This document shows, one piece after another, positions 45,079 through 52,865 of a stretch of 64,000 nt of DNA (within the stretch, counting starts at the first letter, position 1; each line of letters starts with the position of its first letter). The notes below the pieces were generated by a model. That model saw only the letters and a list, made by a program, of their open reading frames with translations, had not been told where the DNA came from and made no database searches. The position numbers and the translations under genes are program-made. This stretch comes from a virus: IMG/VR virus record IMGVR_UViG_3300025759_000073, positions 1-64,000 of that record; one strand, 5' to 3'.

Positions 45079-46841
45079 TTCTTTTTTCCCTTTTTGGCAG
45101 ATTTTTTACCCCAAGACTTCCCTTTACCTTTGCTTCCACAAGCAGCCGGCGTTGGACGGCAAGAGGGGTATTTTGCTCTTTTCTCACCTTTCTGACGACC
45201 ACAAGACTTGCAGGTTTTCTTTCCTGTTTTCTTGTCTGTTCGGCAAGTATTGCAATCAACCCAGCCTTTGCTTTTTCCTTTACCACCTTGCCTTTCAAAC
45301 CAACCGTGAAGACCTTTATCTTTTTCTTTGGAAAAGTCAGTCTTTACTTTTTTTTTAGCCTTCTTTTTTTTCTTCTTTTTTCTTTCTTGGATCATTTTCT
45401 CTAATTTATCTGCTTGGCTAGAATGAGCCTCTGAACCTTTTTCAAGTTTTGCTGCGCCATCTTCTAAGTCTTTTGCCATTTGAGCGTGAGACTCTGATGC
45501 TGCTCTTAGCTTTGTTACAATGTCAGCAATTGTTTCCTTGTCTTCTGGAGTGATTTCCCTCTCTTCTGTCAGACCTTTCCAGATATTTCTCCTTCGCCTT
45601 CTTTCTTGCAAAGTATCCACTTTCTCGCAGCCATTCTGCGTTCCGTATAGTTGTTTGCCAAACTCAGCACAATTGATCCTATCATCTAAATATTGATATT
45701 GCTCAGTTCTATTGTGTCTTTTTAATACCTCTCTTGCTTTTTTCTGAATGTCTATGTCTTTATCCATGTGTTGGACGATTATGTGAAAATGGTCCCAATT
45801 TTGGTCAGAAAAGTTATTATAATCTGCATCAGACATCATATTGAATAATTTTTTAAATTCTTCTTGTCTAGAGTGATCACCAAACAAATCTTCCTTATCA
45901 GTTCCATGTTCTTTTGCAAATTCATCAACTAGTTCTTCCGACCATCCACCTGCCGCCTTCAACCGAATCGCCCAAATTTGTCTTAATTCCTGATCGCCTT
46001 TTGCTAGTTGCGATAGTTTTTGTTTAATGTCGCCCTCACCTGCCGCCTCGTTTAGCTCTTCTGTTAGACCTTTCCAGATCTTTCCCCTGCGACACTGAAC
46101 AACTGCGCCGCTAGCGTAGGCTGAAGGCCACACATCATATTTTCTTTTTGCAATGCGAGTGCAACGATCGTCTTTGCCTTTCTTCTTTTTGGATTTTTTC
46201 TTCTTTTTTTTCTTTTTGGCCTCTTCCAGTGCTAATCTAACCTCCTCTAGAATGATCGCACTTAATTCTTCAATATTCATATTTTTGCTTTCCTTATAAA
46301 GAACATAATCCATTTCATCAATATGTTCAGGGGCGTTTCTTAACATTTGAGTTGCTTCTTCAAAAGGCACAATCCTAACATCGTATATGGGAAGCCTTTC
46401 AACATCCCACTTCACCTCTTCAACGTAACCATACTTTGGAGGGACATCAGTCTTGAAAATGATTGCTACGATGTCCTCATCGCCTAGGTGAGTAGTTTGC
46501 ACTCCGGGTACAAAATCTCCCCAAATCAATGAAACCGCGTCAATCGTATCTGTTCCAAACTTCTTTATACCTTCGGGCTGTCGAAGTAGTACTCCCATCT
46601 CTCTAATCTTGTAAGCTCTATCTCGCAGGGTGAAGTGCAGAAATACATCATCTTCTACGTTTTTGTACAAAGTGTCTTCCAAGATCAGATCCTCGTTAAC
46701 TTCTGCTGCATAAAGCGCTTTTTTGTAATCCTCCGGATCGTCTGTGCATCCGACACGCTTTCCGCTTTTTTTGTAGACAACGTGCGTTCCGGAAGAGCCA
46801 TCTGATTTTTTACACTTTGTTTTTCTAATCTTATAAGGCAT
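45075..46841 (-). CDS. modular polyprotein-like putative internal head protein
   Basis: Six apparent modules separated by L/I-x-E junctions and poly-Lys tracts; includes DUF6624-like and PSAYASG / GL.GWF...CGR...YP.CRP modules. Confidence 0.7.
   Translation of the reverse strand: MPYKIRKTKCKKSDGSSGTHVVYKKSGKRVGCTDDPEDYKKALYAAEVNEDLILEDTLYKNVEDDVFLHFTLRDRAYKIREMGVLLRQPEGIKKFGTDTIDAVSLIWGDFVPGVQTTHLGDEDIVAIIFKTDVPPKYGYVEEVKWDVERLPIYDVRIVPFEEATQMLRNAPEHIDEMDYVLYKESKNMNIEELSAIILEEVRLALEEAKKKKKKKKSKKKKGKDDRCTRIAKRKYDVWPSAYASGAVVQCRRGKIWKGLTEELNEAAGEGDIKQKLSQLAKGDQELRQIWAIRLKAAGGWSEELVDEFAKEHGTDKEDLFGDHSRQEEFKKLFNMMSDADYNNFSDQNWDHFHIIVQHMDKDIDIQKKAREVLKRHNRTEQYQYLDDRINCAEFGKQLYGTQNGCEKVDTLQERRRRRNIWKGLTEEREITPEDKETIADIVTKLRAASESHAQMAKDLEDGAAKLEKGSEAHSSQADKLEKMIQERKKKKKKKAKKKVKTDFSKEKDKGLHGWFERQGGKGKSKGWVDCNTCRTDKKTGKKTCKSCGRQKGEKRAKYPSCRPTPAACGSKGKGKSWGKKSAKKGKKK
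45561..46079. repeat. 24-bp direct repeats (45561-45584 and 46056-46079) flanking an in-frame module
   Basis: CTCTTCTGT(C/T)AGACCTTTCCAGAT, 23/24 identical, both encoding IWKGLTEE; period 495 nt. Confidence 0.9.
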
Positions 46842-47260
46842 TATTTTTCACCTTTTTCTTGCCATTCGTAAGAAACTTTATCTTCTTTAATTGGCCCGCC
46901 TGCTGCCCAAGTGTAGCAAGTTCTTGCGCTGTGGCATTTGAAGTGGTGCATCCAGCAATAGCCCAATCGACCATCTTCATCAGAGACAGGGCCGGGCATA
47001 CAATCGTCCATTCTGGGTGAAATATCAAAAGCAACACAATTGCCGCATTTGGACTTTTTAGCCACGTCGGGGGTAGTGTTCCAATGCTCTGCGGCTCTTT
47101 CCCAGTAAGCCTCGTCAGAGAGGTTCAAAGGGCCGTATTGGATGTGTTTTGCCTTGATTGAAGCGTTTCTGTTTTTGGTGTTTAGCTCTAGATCTTGTGT
47201 GGCAGGAGGGCATTTACCTCCTGAAATGGGGAGTTTTTTGAGGAATTTAATTTTGATCAT
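46841..47260 (-). CDS. Cys/His-rich protein with HiPIP-like cysteine spacing
   Basis: CGNC..F...GYC.....C....TC..W. Confidence 0.6.
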   Translation of the reverse strand: MIKIKFLKKLPISGGKCPPATQDLELNTKNRNASIKAKHIQYGPLNLSDEAYWERAAEHWNTTPDVAKKSKCGNCVAFDISPRMDDCMPGPVSDEDGRLGYCWMHHFKCHSARTCYTWAAGGPIKEDKVSYEWQEKGEK

Positions 47261-47287
47261 TGTTGAGCGCCTTTTATATATTTATAT

Positions 47288-47295
47288 ATAAATAG
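47288..47295 (-). promoter_or_regulatory. candidate late promoter motif CTATTTAT
   Basis: Intergenic copy 28 nt upstream of the first gene of the cargo/lysis run. Confidence 0.65.
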
Positions 47296-47302
47296 GTGCT
47301 TT

Positions 47303-50300
47303 TTATTGATTTACTCTCGCAAATCCATCAACTCTATCAATATCAATTGTTGAATCAACAATGTCCTTGAGAGAATCCATATGACTTATGATCAAAACCG
47401 TTTTAAAGTAGTTTTTAATCATTTGAAGTATTCTAGTGAAGCCTTCCAAGTTATTTTCATCCAAAGCTGTTCCCGGCTCATCTAAGATGAAAATATCGCT
47501 TTTTGGAAGAGAAGAGACATTCAACAGGGCCAGTCTTATAGCCATAGCAGCAATGGACTTTTCGGCTCCAGAACCTAATTCTAGAGGTCTAGGATCGTGC
47601 CCTTGATGTTGGATAAGAATGTTCAATTTCTTTTCTTCTGTTTCAAAGAAAACTTCAAAATCAACAACCCCTGTCAAGATCTTTTGAACCTCTTCGTTGA
47701 TCTTTGGGAGTCTTTTTTTGATAATCTCGTATGAGATGCCAGAGTTGTGATAGCAAGTCATGAACAAATGATATGCTGCAAACTTCTTTTTATTTTCTTC
47801 ATACTCTTCGGCTTCTTTTTTGACAGTTTCCAGTTTTTGCTCAATCTGACCCTTAACGGTGTGAAGATGAATATACTCTGCTTCGCAGGTGTTATATTCG
47901 TTTTCTTTTTGTTTGAGGTCTTTTTTAAGCTGCTTCTCTTCTTTTATCAAAGCTTCGAGATTTTCAATCGCTTCCTTGTTATCTTCGTATTCTTTAATAT
48001 CAGACCTCAATTCAGAAATAATGCTTTCAGTAGATGAAATCTTGGTTTCACCTTGAAGCACTTTGTTCTTCAATTTAAGCAGTTCAGAGCTAACTTTGTC
48101 CTTTTTCTCAACTAACTTCTCATAGTTTTGAACATACTCTTCTGCTTTCTTATATTCGTCACCATCAATGTAATCCTGTGCTTCTTCTTTTTCTTTTTGA
48201 AGTCCTTTCAAGGCCAACTCCAACTCTGAAACTGTTGTTTTTGCAACAAAAGCATCTTTGATAAATTTGCAAGTTTTAAACTGATCTCCACAGGGAACCT
48301 GATCGAGAAGAGAGATCTTTTTCTCTTCCATTTTCTTCTTGATTTCCTCTTGTTTTACCTCATTTAAGATCAATTTAACTTGCTTTGCTTTCTCTTTACC
48401 AACCTCGTAAGATTGGTAGTATTCTTCCGGATCAAAAGTGGAAAGGAACTCTTTGATTTTGTTCAAATAAGCACTTTTTTCTTCTTTTTGCCCTTCCAAA
48501 TTAGCTTGGCTTGCTCTCAAGGTTTCCAAGATTTGATTAGAGTTTTTCAACTCTTTTCTGCACTTCTCAACATTGATGATTTTTGCTGGAACTGACTTGA
48601 TTTTGTGCTCTAAAAGAGAAAGCTCTTTTTCCATTCCTTTCTTCTCATTTTTCAGTATATCGCAGCATTCCTTTTTCTCATCTAGATCTAATTGGTTGTA
48701 GATTAGTGCGCTTTGTTGTTCAAAAATCTCATCTTTGAAGTTTCTTTCTTCTTCTTTTTTGATCAAAGCTTTAAGGTCTCTGGAATCTTCCTTTGCCGCT
48801 TTGAATTTTTCTTCAAAAAACACCAAATCTAGGAATTTTGCCAAGATTTCCTTGCGTTTGGTAGAGCCTTCATTTACAAACTGCAATGCTCCGTGTTGTG
48901 CTGACATTGATGTAATCAGAAAATCTTCAATTGAGCCAATATATTTGCGAATATTCCTATCTGTCTCCGCCCTTGTATTTCCATTCAATTCTACAACTTT
49001 TTTCGCAGCAGGGTCAAAACAAGAAAAATCAACATTCACTTTTGCTTCATCTGTTGTCTTTCCTTTGAGCTTTTTTACATACTTTTCAATGCTTCTGGAA
49101 ATAGTGTACTCTTCCCCTCCAATGTCAAATTTAAGTTCAATGTTTGCATCTGTCTTATTTTGGTTGATAAAGGAAATATTCTTCTTTGCCGGCTTTGAAG
49201 TGGTGTTAAACGCACCCAAGAGGAAAGAGTCAATAATACTGGACTTTCCAGAGTAGTTCTTCCCAAAGATTCCAATGATTCCTTTCATTTTTTCAAAGTC
49301 TAGAGAGTTATCACCCCCATAGTTGAAAAGGTTTTCCCATTCCATAGACTTCATCTTCCAGTTCAAATTGCGAAGTTGATCATCACTACCTTCAACTAAT
49401 GAATTATATTTTGCATTAAGCTCTACGACCTTGTCCATAATATCATCTTCAACTTCAAACTCTTCAAGGTACTCTTTCATAAGCTTTTTCTGGACTTCTA
49501 CATCGCGAAGGTTTTCAATCTCGCCGTCCTTTAGATCAACATTTTTTTTAGCCAACTCTGCTTTGCTCAAGTGGGTGACAGACTCTGCTTTAAAGTTGAT
49601 TTTAGCGTCTTCAATAGCTTTTTTAAGAACGTCAAGTGTGATGTTGCTTTCAGACACCAATCGAATCCTAGCTCCGGCCTTTGGATTGGCTGATTTTGGA
49701 ATCTTTCCTTTCTTAGTCAACTTGATCGTAACAAAAGGCTTTGGATTCTCCAGAAGAATGTGTCGAACAGAAAACTTGTCTTTGTCTTCGATCTCCCAAA
49801 CCAAAAAACCTTTGTCGTCTGTTTCGCCAAAGTTTTGTTGCACGGTTGACCCGGCATACCTGATCTTTCCTTTGCGATCGATCTTCTGATTTGTCTTGTG
49901 GATGTCTCCCAGAAAGCCATAATCGAACTTTTTAAGGTCTTCAATCTCAACATCGCCGTGTTCGATCACATATCCAACATCTGTTACCGACCCTTTGACC
50001 GCTCCATGGTAAAGAGCAATGTTGATCCGATCAGGATCTTGTGTTAGATCCCAATTGTCTTCGTCAAAGATGCTCAACACATTCAGCGTAAAGGGCTCTG
50101 TAAGCCTTATTTTAGCCGCCTTCTTGATCAAATGGAGGTTAGCTATACCTAGGGCATCTACAATGGGAGAAATGGCATCCTGACGGCTTTTATTGCGCAG
50201 GTTTCCATCGTGGTTCCCCAAGATGATATAAGTTGGCGCAATTGCTGCCAAGTTCTTGAAGAAATCGGAGCAGATTTCAACAAATTCTGGTGAGATTTGG

Positions 50301-50452
50301 GTTTTGGTGTGAGCAATATCACCACAATGAATAATATAATCTGGCCTTTCTCTTTTCAACTCTTTATAAAGTTGCTTGAAAACTAGATCATACTCGTAGT
50401 GATATTTAAGGTTTTTAATGTGGGTGTCTGCAATATGGGCAAACTTAGTCAT
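47303..50452 (-). CDS. fused Mre11/SbcD nuclease and Rad50/SbcC ATPase (gp47-gp46 fusion)
   Basis: DTH, GDIAH, GNHD, GDIH phosphoesterase motifs; GKNYSGKS, coiled coil, SGAEK, ILDEP, ISH; start MTKF after GGAGG. Confidence 0.92.
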   Translation of the reverse strand: MTKFAHIADTHIKNLKYHYEYDLVFKQLYKELKRERPDYIIHCGDIAHTKTQISPEFVEICSDFFKNLAAIAPTYIILGNHDGNLRNKSRQDAISPIVDALGIANLHLIKKAAKIRLTEPFTLNVLSIFDEDNWDLTQDPDRINIALYHGAVKGSVTDVGYVIEHGDVEIEDLKKFDYGFLGDIHKTNQKIDRKGKIRYAGSTVQQNFGETDDKGFLVWEIEDKDKFSVRHILLENPKPFVTIKLTKKGKIPKSANPKAGARIRLVSESNITLDVLKKAIEDAKINFKAESVTHLSKAELAKKNVDLKDGEIENLRDVEVQKKLMKEYLEEFEVEDDIMDKVVELNAKYNSLVEGSDDQLRNLNWKMKSMEWENLFNYGGDNSLDFEKMKGIIGIFGKNYSGKSSIIDSFLLGAFNTTSKPAKKNISFINQNKTDANIELKFDIGGEEYTISRSIEKYVKKLKGKTTDEAKVNVDFSCFDPAAKKVVELNGNTRAETDRNIRKYIGSIEDFLITSMSAQHGALQFVNEGSTKRKEILAKFLDLVFFEEKFKAAKEDSRDLKALIKKEEERNFKDEIFEQQSALIYNQLDLDEKKECCDILKNEKKGMEKELSLLEHKIKSVPAKIINVEKCRKELKNSNQILETLRASQANLEGQKEEKSAYLNKIKEFLSTFDPEEYYQSYEVGKEKAKQVKLILNEVKQEEIKKKMEEKKISLLDQVPCGDQFKTCKFIKDAFVAKTTVSELELALKGLQKEKEEAQDYIDGDEYKKAEEYVQNYEKLVEKKDKVSSELLKLKNKVLQGETKISSTESIISELRSDIKEYEDNKEAIENLEALIKEEKQLKKDLKQKENEYNTCEAEYIHLHTVKGQIEQKLETVKKEAEEYEENKKKFAAYHLFMTCYHNSGISYEIIKKRLPKINEEVQKILTGVVDFEVFFETEEKKLNILIQHQGHDPRPLELGSGAEKSIAAMAIRLALLNVSSLPKSDIFILDEPGTALDENNLEGFTRILQMIKNYFKTVLIISHMDSLKDIVDSTIDIDRVDGFARVNQ

Positions 50453-50840
50453 TGAAGCCTCCATTTTTAACTTTTTCTATTGTTTCGCTGATTTCACTTC
50501 TGACAACATTAAATATTGCCGGTGACAGGTTGTACAACTCTTTAAATGCTTCGTCTCGCCAAAGATCAACATCTTTCTCCCTTTTATCAAATTCTTTTTC
50601 CAAAGCATAATCTGTATAATCTGGATTTACTCTTTTGAAGCTTTCTTTTTGCTCTTGTATCTCCCTTCTAGTATCGACATAAACTTGCAAAAGAAAAGAA
50701 AGAGATAAATACATTGCAGATTTCATAATTTTATACGCTTGTGCCACACCCACGACAAATTGTAGGCTCATGTAGGCCAGAATACCACCTAAAAACCAGA
50801 CCAACTCATAAACACCTTGTTGTTTCAAAAATTCAATCAT
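50445..50840 (-). CDS. hypothetical membrane protein
   Basis: Two N-terminal hydrophobic segments; AGGAG SD. Confidence 0.7.
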   Translation of the reverse strand: MIEFLKQQGVYELVWFLGGILAYMSLQFVVGVAQAYKIMKSAMYLSLSFLLQVYVDTRREIQEQKESFKRVNPDYTDYALEKEFDKREKDVDLWRDEAFKELYNLSPAIFNVVRSEISETIEKVKNGGFND

Positions 50841-50849
50841 TTGTGTCTC

Positions 50850-51773
50850 CTATATGTTAATCATTGAAAATAAAGTATCAAATCTAACTTCAACTGCTGT
50901 CATTTTTAGCCTTTGATATTCATATTTTGAAATGTCGTTCAAATCTTTTCCTTCTGGGACTTCTATTTTCCAAACGTCTACTCCATATTTGATCAAGCTT
51001 GAAATAATGTCAAGCTCTTTTTTGTAAGCATCTGGATCTAAAGCAATAAAAACCTTTTTGGCTTTTTCGACAATCTTTTGAAAAAGGTCTGACCTTTCTG
51101 AAAGGGTTGATCCTAAGATTGGGATCATATTCTTTTCGTGAATTGCATCAAAAACACCCTCGACCAAGATGATTGGCTTTTCCCAATCAATTAAAAGGTC
51201 ATTAAAAACAATATCTTTTGATGCTTTTGGGTTTTTGTACTTTTTCCAATCTTTTTCATATGTTCTTGAAACAAAATAACTAACATCCCCTTCATCATCA
51301 AAAGAAGGAATGATTATTCTTCCTTTGTATTCTCCCGATGGGCAATACCCAACCTTCCATTCTAAGATCTTTTCTTGTGAAAAGCCTCTTGATTTAAGAT
51401 AATTCAAAGGCTTTTGAGAATAAAGGTCAATTGACCCTGTGAAAAGCGGCTTGTACTCTTTTGGCAGATCGATCTTTTGCTTGATCTTCTCTTGTACCGT
51501 TGAGCCAGTGATCATCAGTTCAAAATCACGAACATCGATCTGATTTGTGATCTTAAGCCATTCTTGCTGGTTATCAAATGATCCAAATCTTTTTAGAAGG
51601 TAATAGACGTTTTTACCACTTGTGTCACAAACCCAACATTTGAATACGTTCTTAGAGATGTTCACAGACATTTTTGGCTTATGGTGCTTGCAGAAAGGAC
51701 AATAGAAAAGATGCTCGCTCCCTTTGGAGTAAGCATAATCTAATGTGTTTTTAAGGATGGATAGTTCTTTCAT
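50850..51773 (-). CDS. DNA primase (zinc finger plus TOPRIM)
   Basis: CPFC...CWVC, YLKSRG, RIIIP, KYKNP, VEGVFD, LDPD. Confidence 0.9.
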   Translation of the reverse strand: MKELSILKNTLDYAYSKGSEHLFYCPFCKHHKPKMSVNISKNVFKCWVCDTSGKNVYYLLKRFGSFDNQQEWLKITNQIDVRDFELMITGSTVQEKIKQKIDLPKEYKPLFTGSIDLYSQKPLNYLKSRGFSQEKILEWKVGYCPSGEYKGRIIIPSFDDEGDVSYFVSRTYEKDWKKYKNPKASKDIVFNDLLIDWEKPIILVEGVFDAIHEKNMIPILGSTLSERSDLFQKIVEKAKKVFIALDPDAYKKELDIISSLIKYGVDVWKIEVPEGKDLNDISKYEYQRLKMTAVEVRFDTLFSMINI

Positions 51774-51802
51774 GTGTGGCTTCCTTTGAAAAAGTTACAC
51801 AC

Positions 51803-51831
51803 ATTATATCAAGGATGGGGGGTGTTGTCAA
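51803..51831 (-). promoter_or_regulatory. perfect sigma70 consensus promoter for primase-Mre11/Rad50
   Basis: TTGACA-17 nt-TATAAT. Confidence 0.88.
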
Positions 51832-51844
51832 GAGGTTTATTTTC

Positions 51845-52303
51845 TCATCCCATAGGATAATCTTCCATATTCCCACTGTCTTCGTAAATAATAGCGCCAC
51901 CACCGGGAGAATACACATATCTTTTCCATGTTCCTTCACTAACATTAGTCGAATCTGAGAAGAACGAGGACTTCTTCTTAAGGTTAAATTTAATAACTTG
52001 TGTATAGTAACCTGTTTCTTCTCTTAACTCTCCACTTAAGATATCTTCTCTTGTCGCAGGAGGAAGAGGAGGGACATCTTCCGGCGCGAGTTCCACCGAA
52101 TACTGCTTGTTGCGTCCGACCTGCTTGGCTAAACTGTGATGGTCATATTTCTTAAGTTTTTCTAGATGTTGCTTATAGGCTTTCTGATCGGGTCGGCCCT
52201 TCCTATCTACAAAGTTACTCTGATCATAATCCCGCACTTCTCTTTCTTCCCTAAGTAACTCCTCCTTGATGATCTTCATTAGAAACTTCTTGGTGATTTT
52301 CAT
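51845..52303 (-). CDS. hypothetical protein with MKITK..L..IIKEE leader
   Basis: AGGAG SD, ATGA-type overlap; leader shared with 35525-36313. Confidence 0.7.
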   Translation of the reverse strand: MKITKKFLMKIIKEELLREEREVRDYDQSNFVDRKGRPDQKAYKQHLEKLKKYDHHSLAKQVGRNKQYSVELAPEDVPPLPPATREDILSGELREETGYYTQVIKFNLKKKSSFFSDSTNVSEGTWKRYVYSPGGGAIIYEDSGNMEDYPMG

Positions 52304-52818
52304 TTATTTGCTCTCCTTTTTAAAAATCCTGATTTTGCAATGACAATTGCGTCTGACATATCGTAATAAATAGGTTTTGGATTTCCTTTTTTCGTATATT
52401 CCGGATTGATTAACCCTTCTTTCACCAAAACCCCTAGAACAAAGGGCTTTGCCTTTTGGCCTTTTGGAACTTTGATACCGCAATCTTTTCTTGCGGAGGA
52501 AGCCGAAATGTATTCTGGGGGCATTCCATAGACCTCATAACAGAACCAAGATACAATCCCATTGAAAGCAGACAATGTTGAAAGAACTTTTGCAGAGGAG
52601 AAGCCTGATCTAAAAGATTGTAAAGACTTTTCAATATAAATGTTATTAATATCATATTCTTTTTTTAATTCTTCAAGTTTTTCTTTTACTTTTTCTGCTT
52701 TTTCATACATATTTTTGTATTTTCTTGTGTCAACAGCAGCATTGTACACAATATTTTCTTCTTTGTCAAGTACACAAATTCCAGTTATGCTTGTGCTAAC
52801 ATCCAAACCTAATATCAT
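52300..52818 (-). CDS. RuvC-like Holliday junction resolvase
   Basis: ILGLD.S...TG, IYIE, DMSDAIVIA acidic triad pattern. Confidence 0.8.
   Translation of the reverse strand: MILGLDVSTSITGICVLDKEENIVYNAAVDTRKYKNMYEKAEKVKEKLEELKKEYDINNIYIEKSLQSFRSGFSSAKVLSTLSAFNGIVSWFCYEVYGMPPEYISASSARKDCGIKVPKGQKAKPFVLGVLVKEGLINPEYTKKGNPKPIYYDMSDAIVIAKSGFLKRRANK
52366..52373 (-). promoter_or_regulatory. candidate late promoter motif CTATTTAT inside the resolvase gene
   Basis: 63 nt upstream of the leader-bearing gene 51845-52303. Confidence 0.45.
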
Positions 52819-52836
52819 TTAAACCTCCAAAGATAT

Positions 52837-52865
52837 ATTATACCACATTATAAGTCCATTTTTAA
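52837..52865 (-). promoter_or_regulatory. extended -10 sigma70-type promoter for the resolvase
   Basis: TGgTATAAT with TTAAAA 17 nt upstream of the -10 box. Confidence 0.55.

Noticed and set aside
52005-52040. ELREETG resembling a Nudix box
   Set aside because: The upstream G-x5-E-x7-R part of the motif is missing
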